From Parvularia atlantis (lineage: Eukaryota), in contig CALSCO010001064.1 in assembly GCA_943704415.1 (NCBI GenBank), positions 1 to 59,338 of the forward strand: a DNA stretch of 59,338 bases, given 5' to 3'. Shown one piece after another: positions 49,201 through 59,338 of this stretch. The position numbers and the translations under genes are program-made. How positions within the stretch are numbered: the stretch's first letter is position 1; every line of letters starts with the position of its first letter. Under the pieces are notes generated by a model. The model had not been told where the DNA came from. It searched no databases and saw only the letters and a program-made list of their open reading frames with translations.

Positions 49201-51144
49201 CGCCGGTGTCGCGTCGTCAGTGCCGAACGCAGCGCAGTTCGCGTGTGCACCCGGCGTAGTGGAAGACGAGGTCGAGGTTGATGCCGGTCGTGCGCGTGCT
49301 GAGGTACATGATGCCGCCGACGGGCAGCTGCGCCGCGCCCTCGTCGCCGTACGCGACGCCGGGCGCCTTTTCGAGCTCGCTCAGAACCTTGCACGCGAGA
49401 CTCGTCTTGCCCATGCCGCCCTTGCCGACGATGAGCACCGTGCGCGACCGGGGCGACGCCAGTGCCTGCACCTGGGCTGAGCGCCGTTCGGCAGACGCGC
49501 GCAGCGCCGCACCTGCCACACGAGCTTCTGCTGGTCCACGCGGTCCTTGAACGTGTCATTCGAGTCCTTCATGCGGTGGCCGACCACGGCGACGCCCGAT
49601 GTGCTGCATGCGGCGCATCGGTGCGAGCAAGAGGGGCAGACGCAGCGCGCGCGCGCGCGCGCACGTCTTGGCCGCGGCCGTCGCGATCTCCTCCTTGGTC
49701 TTCTGCACGGCGCTCTTGACGTCGTCGGCGTGGCGCGCAAGCTGGTCCTGCAGCTGCTGCGTGGACGCGTCGACATACTCCTTGACGGCGCTCAGGAGCT
49801 CGTCGCTGCCCGGTGCGCGGCCGCAGTCAGCTGCGCGCAGGCGATCGCAGCGCGCGCGCGCGCGCGCGCACTTGGACGCGGGGTCGTCGGTGATGACAAA
49901 GACGCGGTCGAGCTCACCCAGGGCGAAGCGCAGCTGCACGGGCACGTCGACGCGCGTCTTGAGGAACACGGGGAAGACGCGCAGCCGCTCCTTGCACTCG
50001 ATGCGGCGCGCGAGGATCTTGAGCTCTGCCCAGCGGCGGCGGTCGTCAGTAACGCGCGCAGCCTGAGAGCGGCGGCAGTCGCGCACCCTTGGTGCAGTTG
50101 ACCGAGGCGAAGAACTCGGGCGACATCGCCACGACAGCCGCGCTGCAGCCGTACAGCGCCTCGGCGATCTGGTCGTCCCAGTCGCGGCCTGCCAGTGGTG
50201 CGTCGCGTGTCTCGGCACTGCAGCGAGGCGCTTGTTGCACGCGCACCGGCCTCGATCTTCTCGGCGTCGATCCAGACGTGCTCGCCGAACGCGCGCTCGC
50301 GCAGGAAGCGCGCGAGCGGCCAGACCGTCTCCTTGTTGCGCACGGCGTAAGAGATGAAGACTGCGCCGCCCTATGAGTGAGCGCTAACGCACGCGGGCGG
50401 CGCGGGACCGCGACGCACGCAGCACGGTCGAGTCGGCCGCGCCCTCGCTCGCCGGCGGCACCTCGCCGCGATGCTCGAGCGCGCGGCGGACAAGCGGCTT
50501 GGCAAACTTGCGCAGCTTGTCGTCGTACGCGCCCGTGCTGAAGTCGACGCGCTGGATCGTGTCGCCGCCGAGGGCGAAGCGGAAGGGCATGGGCATGGTC
50601 AGGTTGCCCTCGAGGCTGAGAAGGAAGAAGAACACGCGCGACTTCTTCTCGCGCAGACGCGCGATGTGCTTGACATCGCTCAGGCACGCCGCGTCGCCGT
50701 AGAAGCGCTGCGAGAGCACACACACGAACGCGTGCGACGCGTACAGATGCGCCTCGGCCGGCGACGGCGCCAGCGGCCGCCGCACACAGCCCGCGAGCGC
50801 CGCGTCGCGCTCGAGGTCATCCGCGAGGCCTGAAACGGCACCGAGACGGCGCGTGTCAGCCGCGTCGCAGGCACGCCGCACCACTGGCACGCACGCTGCG
50901 CAAACGCCTCGTCACCGCGCGCGTACACCACGTGCACCGTGAACGGCAACGCCGCGAGCTGCTCGGCCGACGGCGTCAGCGTCAGCGCGCGCGGCCGCGG
51001 CGGCTCCTCCGCTGTTGTTGTAGTCTTCTTTTCCGCCGCGTCGTACGGCGGCGGCTGGCTGCTCGCGCTCGCGCCCGCCGTAGCACCGGTCGCGCGCCGG
51101 GGCACCCGCACGCCCGCGAGCAGCCGCGACAGCGTCCGGCCCAT
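46238..51144 (-). CDS. NLR-like protein: degenerate TIR + TIR_2 + STAND (NB-ARC-like) NTPase + TPR-like helical repeats, multi-exon
   Basis: TIR: VFISYA..VWIDAEKIEAG.DWDDQIAEAL..MSPEFFASVNCTKEL. Walker A GKGGMGKTSLA, Walker B YVIYLDNAEDL, sensor LIFTSR, and GLPRGLE (GxP). C-terminal helical repeats. Confidence 0.85.
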
Positions 51145-51365
51145 CCTGTGCGAGCGCAAACGCCGGGTGTGAGCGAGCGAGCGAGCGTGTGAGTGCGCCC
51201 AAAAATGGCGCGTGTCGTGCAGGTCTCATGGTTCAGGCTCGGCGACCACTCCTTTCGCGGCACTTGGCGGCACGAAAACACAGAACCGAGCGAGGGAAAC
51301 AAGGTGCACGACGACAGGACGCTCAGATGTTGCACCGGCATGGCGCACCAAGACATGATGCTCAT

Positions 51366-54300
51366 TCACACGGGTGTCCCGCCGCCCGCCCCGCTCCCGA
51401 TCACTATGCTGCTCGCGCTCCCGCCCTGGCTCTTGGTCTTGAGCACCGACGCGGCCGGGTCCGCCGCGATGCCCACGACGGGTGCCTTGGCCGGCGTCTT
51501 GCCCGTGCCGGCGACCGACTTGCTGCGACTGCTCGGCGCACGCGTCAGGCGCCAGCCAGACCAGCGCACACGCGCCGCCGCACCTGTGCTCGGCCGCCCC
51601 GCCGCTCGCCGCCGCCCCGCCGCCCTCCTTGGCCCACTTCTCGATCAGGCGCTGCGGCTGCGATCCGTCCTCGCGCGGCTCGCACAGCAGCGAGCACTTG
51701 TACAGCGCGTTCTCGTCCGTCATTGCGTTGGGGTTCTCGAGAAACTCCTTGACCATGGCCGCGTTGCGCGAGAGCGGGAACGAGTAGCTCGCGCTCTGGT
51801 ACGCCTGCAACCTGCAAGCGCGCGTGCCAACCGTCAGCGCATGCTCAGTCACCGTCGCACGAAACGCACCGGAGCACCCGCTGGGCGACCATGCGCAGCT
51901 TGGCAAAGTTGTACAGCCCGCCTTTGAACTTCTTTGGGTTGCCGTCGTTCAGGAATGTGAGGTCGCGCAGGAACAGGCCCATGAACGGCACAACCGCGTC
52001 CGGCCGCGGCAGCCGGTCCATCTCGTTCATCATCTCGCGGTACGCGCGGTAGTTGAACGCTGCACACCGCGCCCCGTGCACACGTCAGCCCTCACGCAGC
52101 TCGTCAGGGCGCACCGCTCCGCGCACCGGACGACATCGTCGCCTCGATCTGCTGCAGCGTCTCCATGCTCTTGGGCGGCACGATTGTCCAGGTCTTCTTA
52201 AGCCGCCGCACGGACGCGTTGCTCAGGCCCGACAGGATTGCCATTGTGCTGTTGTAGTTGCGCAGGCGCAGCGTCTCCTTCGCGACCTTGACAAAGTTGT
52301 CGACGATGTTGGCGCGCTTCTTGACGCTGGGCTGGACGCAGATCTGCGCCCGGGCCCGTCAGCGCACCGCACCGGGCGCCACACCGGGCGCGCGTCCGCA
52401 CCAGCGTCGCGACAAAGAAGGAGATGCGGTTGAACCAGTCGATGAACGCCGTCAGGTTCTTCGTGTTGGCACCGTTGCCCTCCCACAGCCGAATCACAAA
52501 CTCGACTGGCTGGATCGCCTGGAATTTGGCGTGGTCGAGCACGGTCAGCTGGCGCGCGAGGTCGCGCGGCTCGATCTGCGCCGCAGCGGTCAGCACACTG
52601 TTGAGCCCTGCGCGTGCGGGCGGGGGCACACCTGCAGAAAGTCGACCTTGGACTTTTTCGGCGGCTCGCGCGTCTTGTCGAACGCGTCCTGCGCCAGGAT
52701 CGCCTCCTTCTTCTGCGCGACGATGTTGCGCAGCCGCTGCACGAGCGACGCCAGGGCCGGTCCAGCCTGAGCGCACGCGCGCGTCCCGTCAATCTCGTTC
52801 CTGCACACCCGCAGCGGCTCGAATGCACGCACCGCCTCGGCCAGCGCCAAAAAGTCCTCCAGCCCCTGGTACGCCTCTGAATCGCTGTGAAAGTCGACGT
52901 AGTAGTTGTCGATCCACTTCTTGACGACGCCGATCGTCCGGACCTGGATGATGCTCGCCCACCGGTCAAAGTACTCGAGCTGCTCGGGCGTGGCGTTGTC
53001 GGGCGGGACGAGGTAGAAGCGCGAGATGAGCTGCGGGCGACGACGCGCTCAGCACAGCGCCATTGACGACGCACGCGAGCACTCACCCTGTCGATCAGCG
53101 CCGCGGCCGAGATGACGTGCCGGTACGCGAGCAGGAAGATGTCGATGTAGGCAGTGTCCGGGTTCTTCTCGTCAGCCAGGCGTGACACGAGCTGGTCCAG
53201 CGTCCCCGCCGCGACCGTGTACTTGTCGGCCTTGCCGTTCTCGCCCGTCTCAAACTGCAGCACAACCTCGTCGCCGCGTTGGCGAAACATCTTGTTGGCC
53301 CCGTGCTGCACAGCGGCGGAGCGCACGTGTCAGCACCACCGCGCACCTCCGGTCGCACGCACCTCCTCCTGCTGCGTGCCCGTCTTGACCGCGTAGTCCT
53401 TCATCTCCTCCGCGCTCAGCAGCTGGCCCTCCTCGGGCTTCCACAGCTGGCCGTCCGCCAGCCCGTCCAGCGGGTACAGCACGGTCGGCTTGCGGTTGCG
53501 CCAGCGCGCAGCCGATGTGTTGCCCGGCGGGGGCGAGTGCCCGTCCTGCGCCGAGCTGCGCCGCTCGGGCGTGGTGTTTGCGATGCTCGAGGTGTCCGCC
53601 GGCGCGGCCGCGATCGGCGTCCCGGGCGACGGCGGTGGGTAGTGGTCGACGCTGGCCTTGCGCACGGCCGCGGCCGTCGCAGCGGCGGTCTGGTGCGTTG
53701 GCGTGCTTACGCCCGCGTGAGCCTGCTGGTGCTGCGCCTCGACCGCTGCGACCTGCAGCCGCGACAGCGCCTCGACCGTCGGCGGCTGCCCACGCGGCGA
53801 CAGCGGCGGTTGCATGCTCAGCATCAGGTTGTCCTTCGAGCCCGAGCGCAGCGGGCCGGCCGCAATGCTCTTGGTGATGTCGTCGACGAGGCGCTCCAGG
53901 TCCGCGTTGAACTCGGCCGAGTTGGCCGCGTCGTCGATGATCGCCGACTGGCGCCGCTCGGCCATGGCGTTGCCCGCGCCGCCCCCGCCCGCGTCGTGCA
54001 GCGGCTCGTGCCCATCGGCCTCGCCCGAGATGAAGTACTCGCGCATGTCGTTGATGACGTTGAGCCACTGCATGCGGTCGTTGACGTCGTACGCGCGCAC
54101 GTGCAGCGAGTGCTCGCCGTGGCGGATCGTGAAGCCGGACGTGTCGTCCTCCTCGATCGAGCAGCCCTGATCGCCACATCAGCACAGCGCTCAACGCGGC
54201 GCAGCGCGGCGCACCTCCAGGTCGATCTCGAGCACGCACATGACCGACTCCTCCGACTCGTACGCGCGCATGTAAAAGTCGTCGAGCACAAACCAAAGCT

Positions 54301-56318
54301 TGACGATGTCGCCGTTGGGCATGACGCGCTCGAGGAAGCCCTCGAGAAACTGCGGCCGGCCCATCGAGCCCTCGCCCGCGTGCGAGCTGCTGTCGACCGA
54401 CTCGAACGAGTTGGTGCGCTGGAGCGACCGGCCGTTGGCTGCCGCCGCCGCAAAGGCCGCCGAGGCCGCCGAGGCCGCCGCCGCGTGCGACATCGCGCCC
54501 GGTGCCAGCGCCGCGCCCTCCACGACCGAGCGCCGGCGGCCCTGGCCCGGCGACGCGCCGCCCCAGCCGTTCTGCGAGTTGACCGTCTCGGCTCGCTGGC
54601 GGCGCTGGAGTGTGACCGAGCTGCGCTCGCCCTCGCGCGACCGCGGCCCGTTGCGGCTGCTGCGCGAGACCGTGCTGCCGACGCTGTTGAGGTCAAAGTC
54701 GAGCTCGTCGGTGGTGCTCGTGGGCTTGCTGCTCGAGTCGTCCGAGCGCATGGTGTTGGTGGGCGAGCCGCGGCTGCCCGGGTCGTGCGGCGCGCCGGTT
54801 GAGTCGAGCGAGGACTTGGACGCGGCGAGGTCGGCGCTGATGTCGTTGAGCGAGCGGCGCGGCTTGCCGTTGACGTCGGTGGTGCGCAAGTCGTCGCCGC
54901 GGCCGCTGCCGCTGCGGTACAGCTGTGAGTCAGACGTGCCGCGCGGCCCCGTGCGCTTGAAAAAGTTGCGGATGCTCGAGTTGCGCTGCGTCGCAAACTG
55001 GCTCAGCTTGTCGCTGCCGAGCTCGAGGGCCATCAAGCGGATTGAGTTGCGCGGGTACGACGCGGGCTGGGCGAGGATGCGCGAGAGCGCGGCCGTGCGC
55101 GACATCGTGTTCTGCACCTCCTCGGCCGTGGGCATGTCGCACAGGGTCTCGGTCGGGCGCACGCGCACGAGCCGGTCCGAGCCGCCAAAGAGCGAGCTGC
55201 CACCGTGGCGCGGGCGCATCGTGACCTTGTTGCCGTCGAGATTGCGCAGGAGGATGCTGCGCGTGTTGCGGATCTCGTCGCTCTCTGCGTTTGGTCCACC
55301 CTGGTCAGCCCCTGGCAGCGCGTCTCGCACCGGGGCCACGCGCACCCGTCGGCGCCCCGCGCGTGAGCGATAGGTTCGAGCCGTTGCGGCGGGCGAGCGA
55401 GAGCGACGAGCCCGCGCGCGACAGGCTGCTCGAGGTGGCCGCGGCGATCGTCTGCATGTCGGCGTTGAGGGTCGAGGCGCGCGAGAGGGCCTTGATCCAT
55501 GCGGAGCAGTCGTCGCGCGACTGGGCGACAAAGTAGTGCGCGGGCCCGTCGGTGCGGTAGAGCTTGAACGAGTGCTTCTCCTTGAGCTCCTCGTCGGCGG
55601 CGCGGACCTGGAACGCGGTGACGAGGATGCCGCCGAGGGCGAGGGCCTTCTCGGTCTCGAAGCACATGAGCAGGTCGTCCTTGAGCACGAACCAGCGCAG
55701 CTTCCAGTTCTGGAGGCTGTCGCCCGGGTTGGCAAGGTAGCCCTCCTGGTCGGGGCGGATGATCTGCGCGGCGTTGATGTCCATGATCGGCACGCGTTCC
55801 TGGAACTCGATGTCGACCTGTGTGCGCGGTGCGCGGCCGCGATCAGCGATGACGCGATGACGCGCGCGAGCAATGATAAGGGCGCACTCAGCAGGGACGA
55901 TGCCACGTGCGCGAGCACGACCCACACCGTCCACACCAGCCGCACCCACCCGCGCCCACGCACTCGCGCCCCGCGCTGCCGCACGCACGCTGCGCCGCCG
56001 CCGCCGCTCCCACGAAGAGCTGTCGTTGAGGCGGGTGATGGTCGTGTCCTCCTTGTAAATGCTGTTCATGAGGGCGGTGCAGGCGGTCTGGTGCTGGCTC
56101 CAGTCGTCGTACTGGCACGCGTACGTCTGGCAGTAGTGCTTCTCGGCCTTGCACCCGCCGCACGTGAACTTGAGGAACGCCGACTGCCCGCAGACCGCGC
56201 ACGGGATCCCCGACACGTAGTCGCCCGGCCCCGCCGCTGCTGCCGCCGCCGCCGCAGCAGCAGCCTCGTCCAGCTTGGCCTTGCTCGGCTTGCGCCGCCC
56301 CAGCGACAGCGCCGACAT
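51366..56318 (-). CDS. Ras guanine nucleotide exchange factor with MYND finger, two PH domains, REM and CDC25 domains
   Basis: MYND CAVC..CGGC..YC..CQYDDWSQHQTAC; PH EGYL..NWKLRWFVL..WIKAL; second PH ..MQWLNVI; REM AGTLDQLVSRL..FLLAYR; CDC25 LARQLT..NYNS..VPFMGLFLRDLTFLNDGNP. Confidence 0.92.
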
Positions 56319-56637
56319 CGCCGCCCCGCCACACACGCGCTGCCGACTGCGGGTCACGCGGCGTGTGCGTGTGAGTCGTCGGCGCCCGCAACGGCCGCGC
56401 AGACGGCACAGCGCGCCGCCGCCGCCACCAGCTAAGCCGCGGGAAGGCACCGGAGCAGCACGAACGAGCGCACGCACGACGGCGCACGGCGAGCGGCGCG
56501 CGCCTCGCAACGGCGCACGGGGTAGGCGGCACAAGGAGCAACGGCCCAACGCGGCTGAAACGCGGCTGTTTCAACCCTAAAATAGCCCCCGCCACGCCCG
56601 CTGCGCACACCGCGCCCCGTTGCCCCCCTGCTGCCGT

Positions 56638-56682
56638 CGCGCAGCCCGCGCACAGCCCGCGCACAGCCCGCGCACAGCCCGC
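56638..56682. repeat. 11-bp tandem repeat (GCGCACAGCCC), about 4 copies, upstream of the RasGEF
   Basis: gcagcccgcgcacagcccgcgcacagcccgcgcacagcccgc is directly visible. Confidence 0.85.
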
Positions 56683-56787
56683 AGCGAGCCACATGCACAA
56701 GACCGCGTGAGCAACACAACGGCCCCGCTACCCGGGTGATTTCCGCTGAAGTGCTTACGTCATGTCACGCAACTCGTTCAGTTAGGG

Positions 56788-58897
56788 CTAACTCAACGCG
56801 AGAGAGGCGGCGGCGAGGGCGGCGGGCCAGCAGACGTGCACGGCGACGCGCGGGAGCCACGCCCCGCCGGCCTCGAGGCGTTCGGCGGCGAGCGCGGGGT
56901 CGGCGACGCCCGCGAGCAGCAGCGCGACGGGCGGCTGCGATGCGGCGACGACGGCGAAGAGCACCAGGCGAAAGGGCGACGGCCAGGCCGACGCGGCAGA
57001 GGCGAGGAGCAGCGCCGGCGTGGCCGCGAGGGCAACGAGCGTCGCGAGGGCAAAGTTGACCGCGGCCGTGGCGCAGAGCAGCGCGGCGGCGACGGCGACG
57101 ATGATGGCGGCGAAAAGCGTCCGGTGCTGCCGACCAGACAGGCCGCGACCGATCACAACGGCCGTTGTCGCGCCGACGATGCATAGCGCGAGCTGCGCTG
57201 CGGGCGTCTGCGGCGTGCGGTTTGCTCCGAGTCAACGACCAGTCGTGCGCAAAACAACAGCAGAACGCACATCGTTGACGCGCAGCACGGCCTCGAACGC
57301 CCACGGCGCCAGCCACGTCACCGCCACGAGCGGCAGGACGGCCAGCACCGGGCGTGACGCGCGCGTCAAGGCGACGTGGTCGGTCGGCGCACTGACGGCG
57401 TCCACGGGCTGCCCGGCCTGCCACCAGCGCAGCGCGGCGTGCATGGCCAGCGGCGCGACGAGCAGCGCAAAGGCCGGCATGTACAGCCCGATCGAGACGA
57501 AGCGCCAGGGCGACGGCAGCAGGTAGAAGAAGAACGACTGATGAAAGTGCTCAAGCAGGTTGTTGACGCTCCGCACGGCGCCCTCGAGCGCGCTGCCGGT
57601 CGCACGGCCGTGAGCACACACAGCGCGGCGGAGACGAGCGCGCACCGTCCGAGCGCGACCGTGCTCAGCAGCGGGCCCGGCATTGACGAGCCGCGCAGCG
57701 TGAGCGCATCGATCTTGAACCTGCGTCGCGCGGGCGTCACGCGGCACCGCACAAGTCGCAGCCGGTGTCGCACCGGTGGATGGCACCGTTCGACGCGCTC
57801 GTGAGCCCCGTCGCCTGGTACCATAGCATGCGCGCGAGCGTTTGCAACGCCTCGGCGTGCGCGGTGAGGTCACCGAGCGGCGTCGAGTGCCAGCGCGCGT
57901 CGACGATCGGCGGGCGCTCGTGCATGTGCACGGGCACGCGCTGCGTTGCACTCGGCGCGGTCAGATGCACGCGGCAGTGCGTGCGGATGCGCACCTGCGC
58001 CTGAGCCGTGCGCACGACAATGTTGAGCAGGTCGAGGTTTGGCAGGCGCGCGCTCACGCCCTCTGTGTGCTCAAACCTGTCAGCTGCAGCTCTCGCACGG
58101 CACACGGCACGGCGTACCAGGCAGCAGGCCCAACGCCGTCACGCGCTCCGCAGAAGGGCCGAGCTCGACGTTGACCGCGGCCTGGATCGCCCCTGCGCGG
58201 CGGAAGCGCGAGTCGCCAATCGTCGCGGGCGCGCCCATCGCGTGGTACTCGTCCAGCCAGCACTGCATGCCGTCCGGCCCGGCGTACAGCAGCACGACCA
58301 CGTCCTTGGCCCAGTAGTTGCCGCCTGCCCTTGCGCGTCGTCAGCGTACGCGATGCGACGGGTACTAGCGGGCGCGCGCCTGCAAAGTGCGCCGCCAGCG
58401 CGAGCAGCAGCGCGACGCCGCCGCCGTTGCCCGCGCCGCCCCGCAGCGTCCACGGCGCCGACAGCAGGATCGACTCGGTGCCGTCGCCGCGCGGCGCGCG
58501 CAGGATGCCGTGGACGTTGCCGCCGTCGCGCGCGACCACGACGTCCCAGCCGAGTGCGTGCAGGGCCGATGCGGCGACCGCACTGCCGCCGCCGCCGCCG
58601 TCTGCCGTCACGTTCGCCAGTCGCCGCTGCAGCCGCGCCACGGCGCCGTCGCGGTCCGCGAACGACTCGGTCACGGCCGTCGGCATCAGTGCGTTCTCCG
58701 AGACGTACGTGCCCTTGCCGTAGCGCGCGTCCGGCAGCACGGCGAGCAGCATCGCGACGCCGGCAATGTACACGATCGCCCTGGGCGGTGCGCCGTGAGC
58801 GCGGGGACGACAGGCAAGGCGATGAGACGCACGACAGCGCCGCAGCCGCTCGCCCCCATTCGTTCCGCATGACTAGTGATGAGGACGAAGCGAGCAT
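56788..58897 (-). CDS. GPAA1: GPI transamidase component Gaa1/GPAA1, multi-exon
   Basis: TYVSENALMP, GILRAPRGDGTESI, YWAKDV, GAIQAA, LPNLDL, RSVNNLLEHFHQSFFFYLL..FVSIGLYMP and C-terminal transmembrane helices. Start is at 58897 or 58870. Confidence 0.95.
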
Positions 58898-59015
58898 GGG
58901 AGTCTGTTGTGCATGACTGGGAGGCCGTGGAAGCCAGCGTGGCGTCGACACGCGTGGGTGGGTGACCGCACATGCCATCATGGGGGGGAGTTTGGATCAG
59001 GCGGCAGACAGGCGA

Positions 59016-59338
59016 ATGAGCGGTAAAGAGAGCGGGGACAAGGCGCCGCACACGGGCGTGCACTACGGCGCGTACCTGCAGCTCGACACGCTGCTGGGCT
59101 GCGTGCGCATGGAGAGCGAGAAGGTCGCGGGCACGCCGGCGCACGAGGAGCATCTGTTCATCGGTGCGCGCGCGCCGTCGATGCGGCCCGCCGCCTTGAC
59201 TCATCCAGCGATGATGCGCGCTGCCGCAGTCATCCACCAAGGTGCGCCACGTGCGATGCGCGCGCCCCGAGGGCTCTGACGAGCGCCGACAGCACGATCG
59301 GCGACGAGACGCGCAAGAGCCTCGAGGACCGCTTCCTG
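59016..59338 (+). CDS. TDO2: Tryptophan 2,3-dioxygenase, 5' part (truncated by window end)
   Basis: VHYGAYLQLDTLL...HEEHLFI|VIHQ is the TDO N-terminal signature. An upstream in-frame ATG at 58980 is also possible. Confidence 0.85.

Noticed and set aside
51226..51365. Longer RasGEF C-terminus suggested by ORF 51226-51906
   Set aside because: After the last intron the frame shifts and ends at the stop at 51366.
56574..56790. Telomere-like words (AACCCTAA, TTAGGG)
   Set aside because: They are single isolated copies rather than an array, and cannot be distinguished from chance or a telo-box without genome-wide data.
1..59338. Hundreds of long Arg/Ala-rich overlapping ORFs in the track (e.g. 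53279-54802 +, 32900-34570 -, 36705-38138 +)
   Set aside because: They are shadow frames of real genes, expected in stop-poor GC-rich DNA, and carry no recognisable motifs.
1..59338. Alternative genetic code, tRNA/rRNA genes or transposases
   Set aside because: The in-frame stops examined fall within introns, and genes end in TAA, TAG and TGA. No structural RNA or transposase motifs were recognised by eye; a covariance-model scan was not possible.

Overview
A GC-rich, extremely compact eukaryotic (protist-like, probably Amorphea; species not identifiable from sequence alone) genomic window. Genes are split by many short (~40-70 nt) spliceosomal introns with GTGCG/GTGAG donors, a CTGAC-like branch point and GCAG/ACAG acceptors, so the supplied ORF track is mostly fragments and shadow ORFs. 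Manual splicing gives about 17 genes in order: acetyl-CoA transporter (SLC33A1-like), KICSTOR subunit SZT2 (~14.6 kb), an MFS sugar transporter, a membrane-anchored 2OG-Fe(II) oxygenase, a SET-domain methyltransferase, a COX6A with an unusual C-terminal extension, a Vps10/sortilin receptor with three Vps10 domains, two intronless BAHD-type acyltransferases, 5-oxoprolinase, tepsin, a compact SHLD2-like OB-fold protein, a small CxxC/twin-CX9C ORF that has no ATG and whose stop overlaps the SHLD2-like start (ATGA), a TIR-TIR-STAND-TPR NLR-like receptor, a MYND-PH-PH-RasGEF, GPAA1 and the 5' end of tryptophan 2,3-dioxygenase. The strongest leads are the apparent bicistronic, splice-switchable CX9C/SHLD2-like locus, the bacterial-type TIR-NLR, the COX6A extension resembling complex I subunit NDUFB5, and frequent GC-AG introns. 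All homology calls come from motif recognition; no database searches were run, and exon boundaries were traced by eye.
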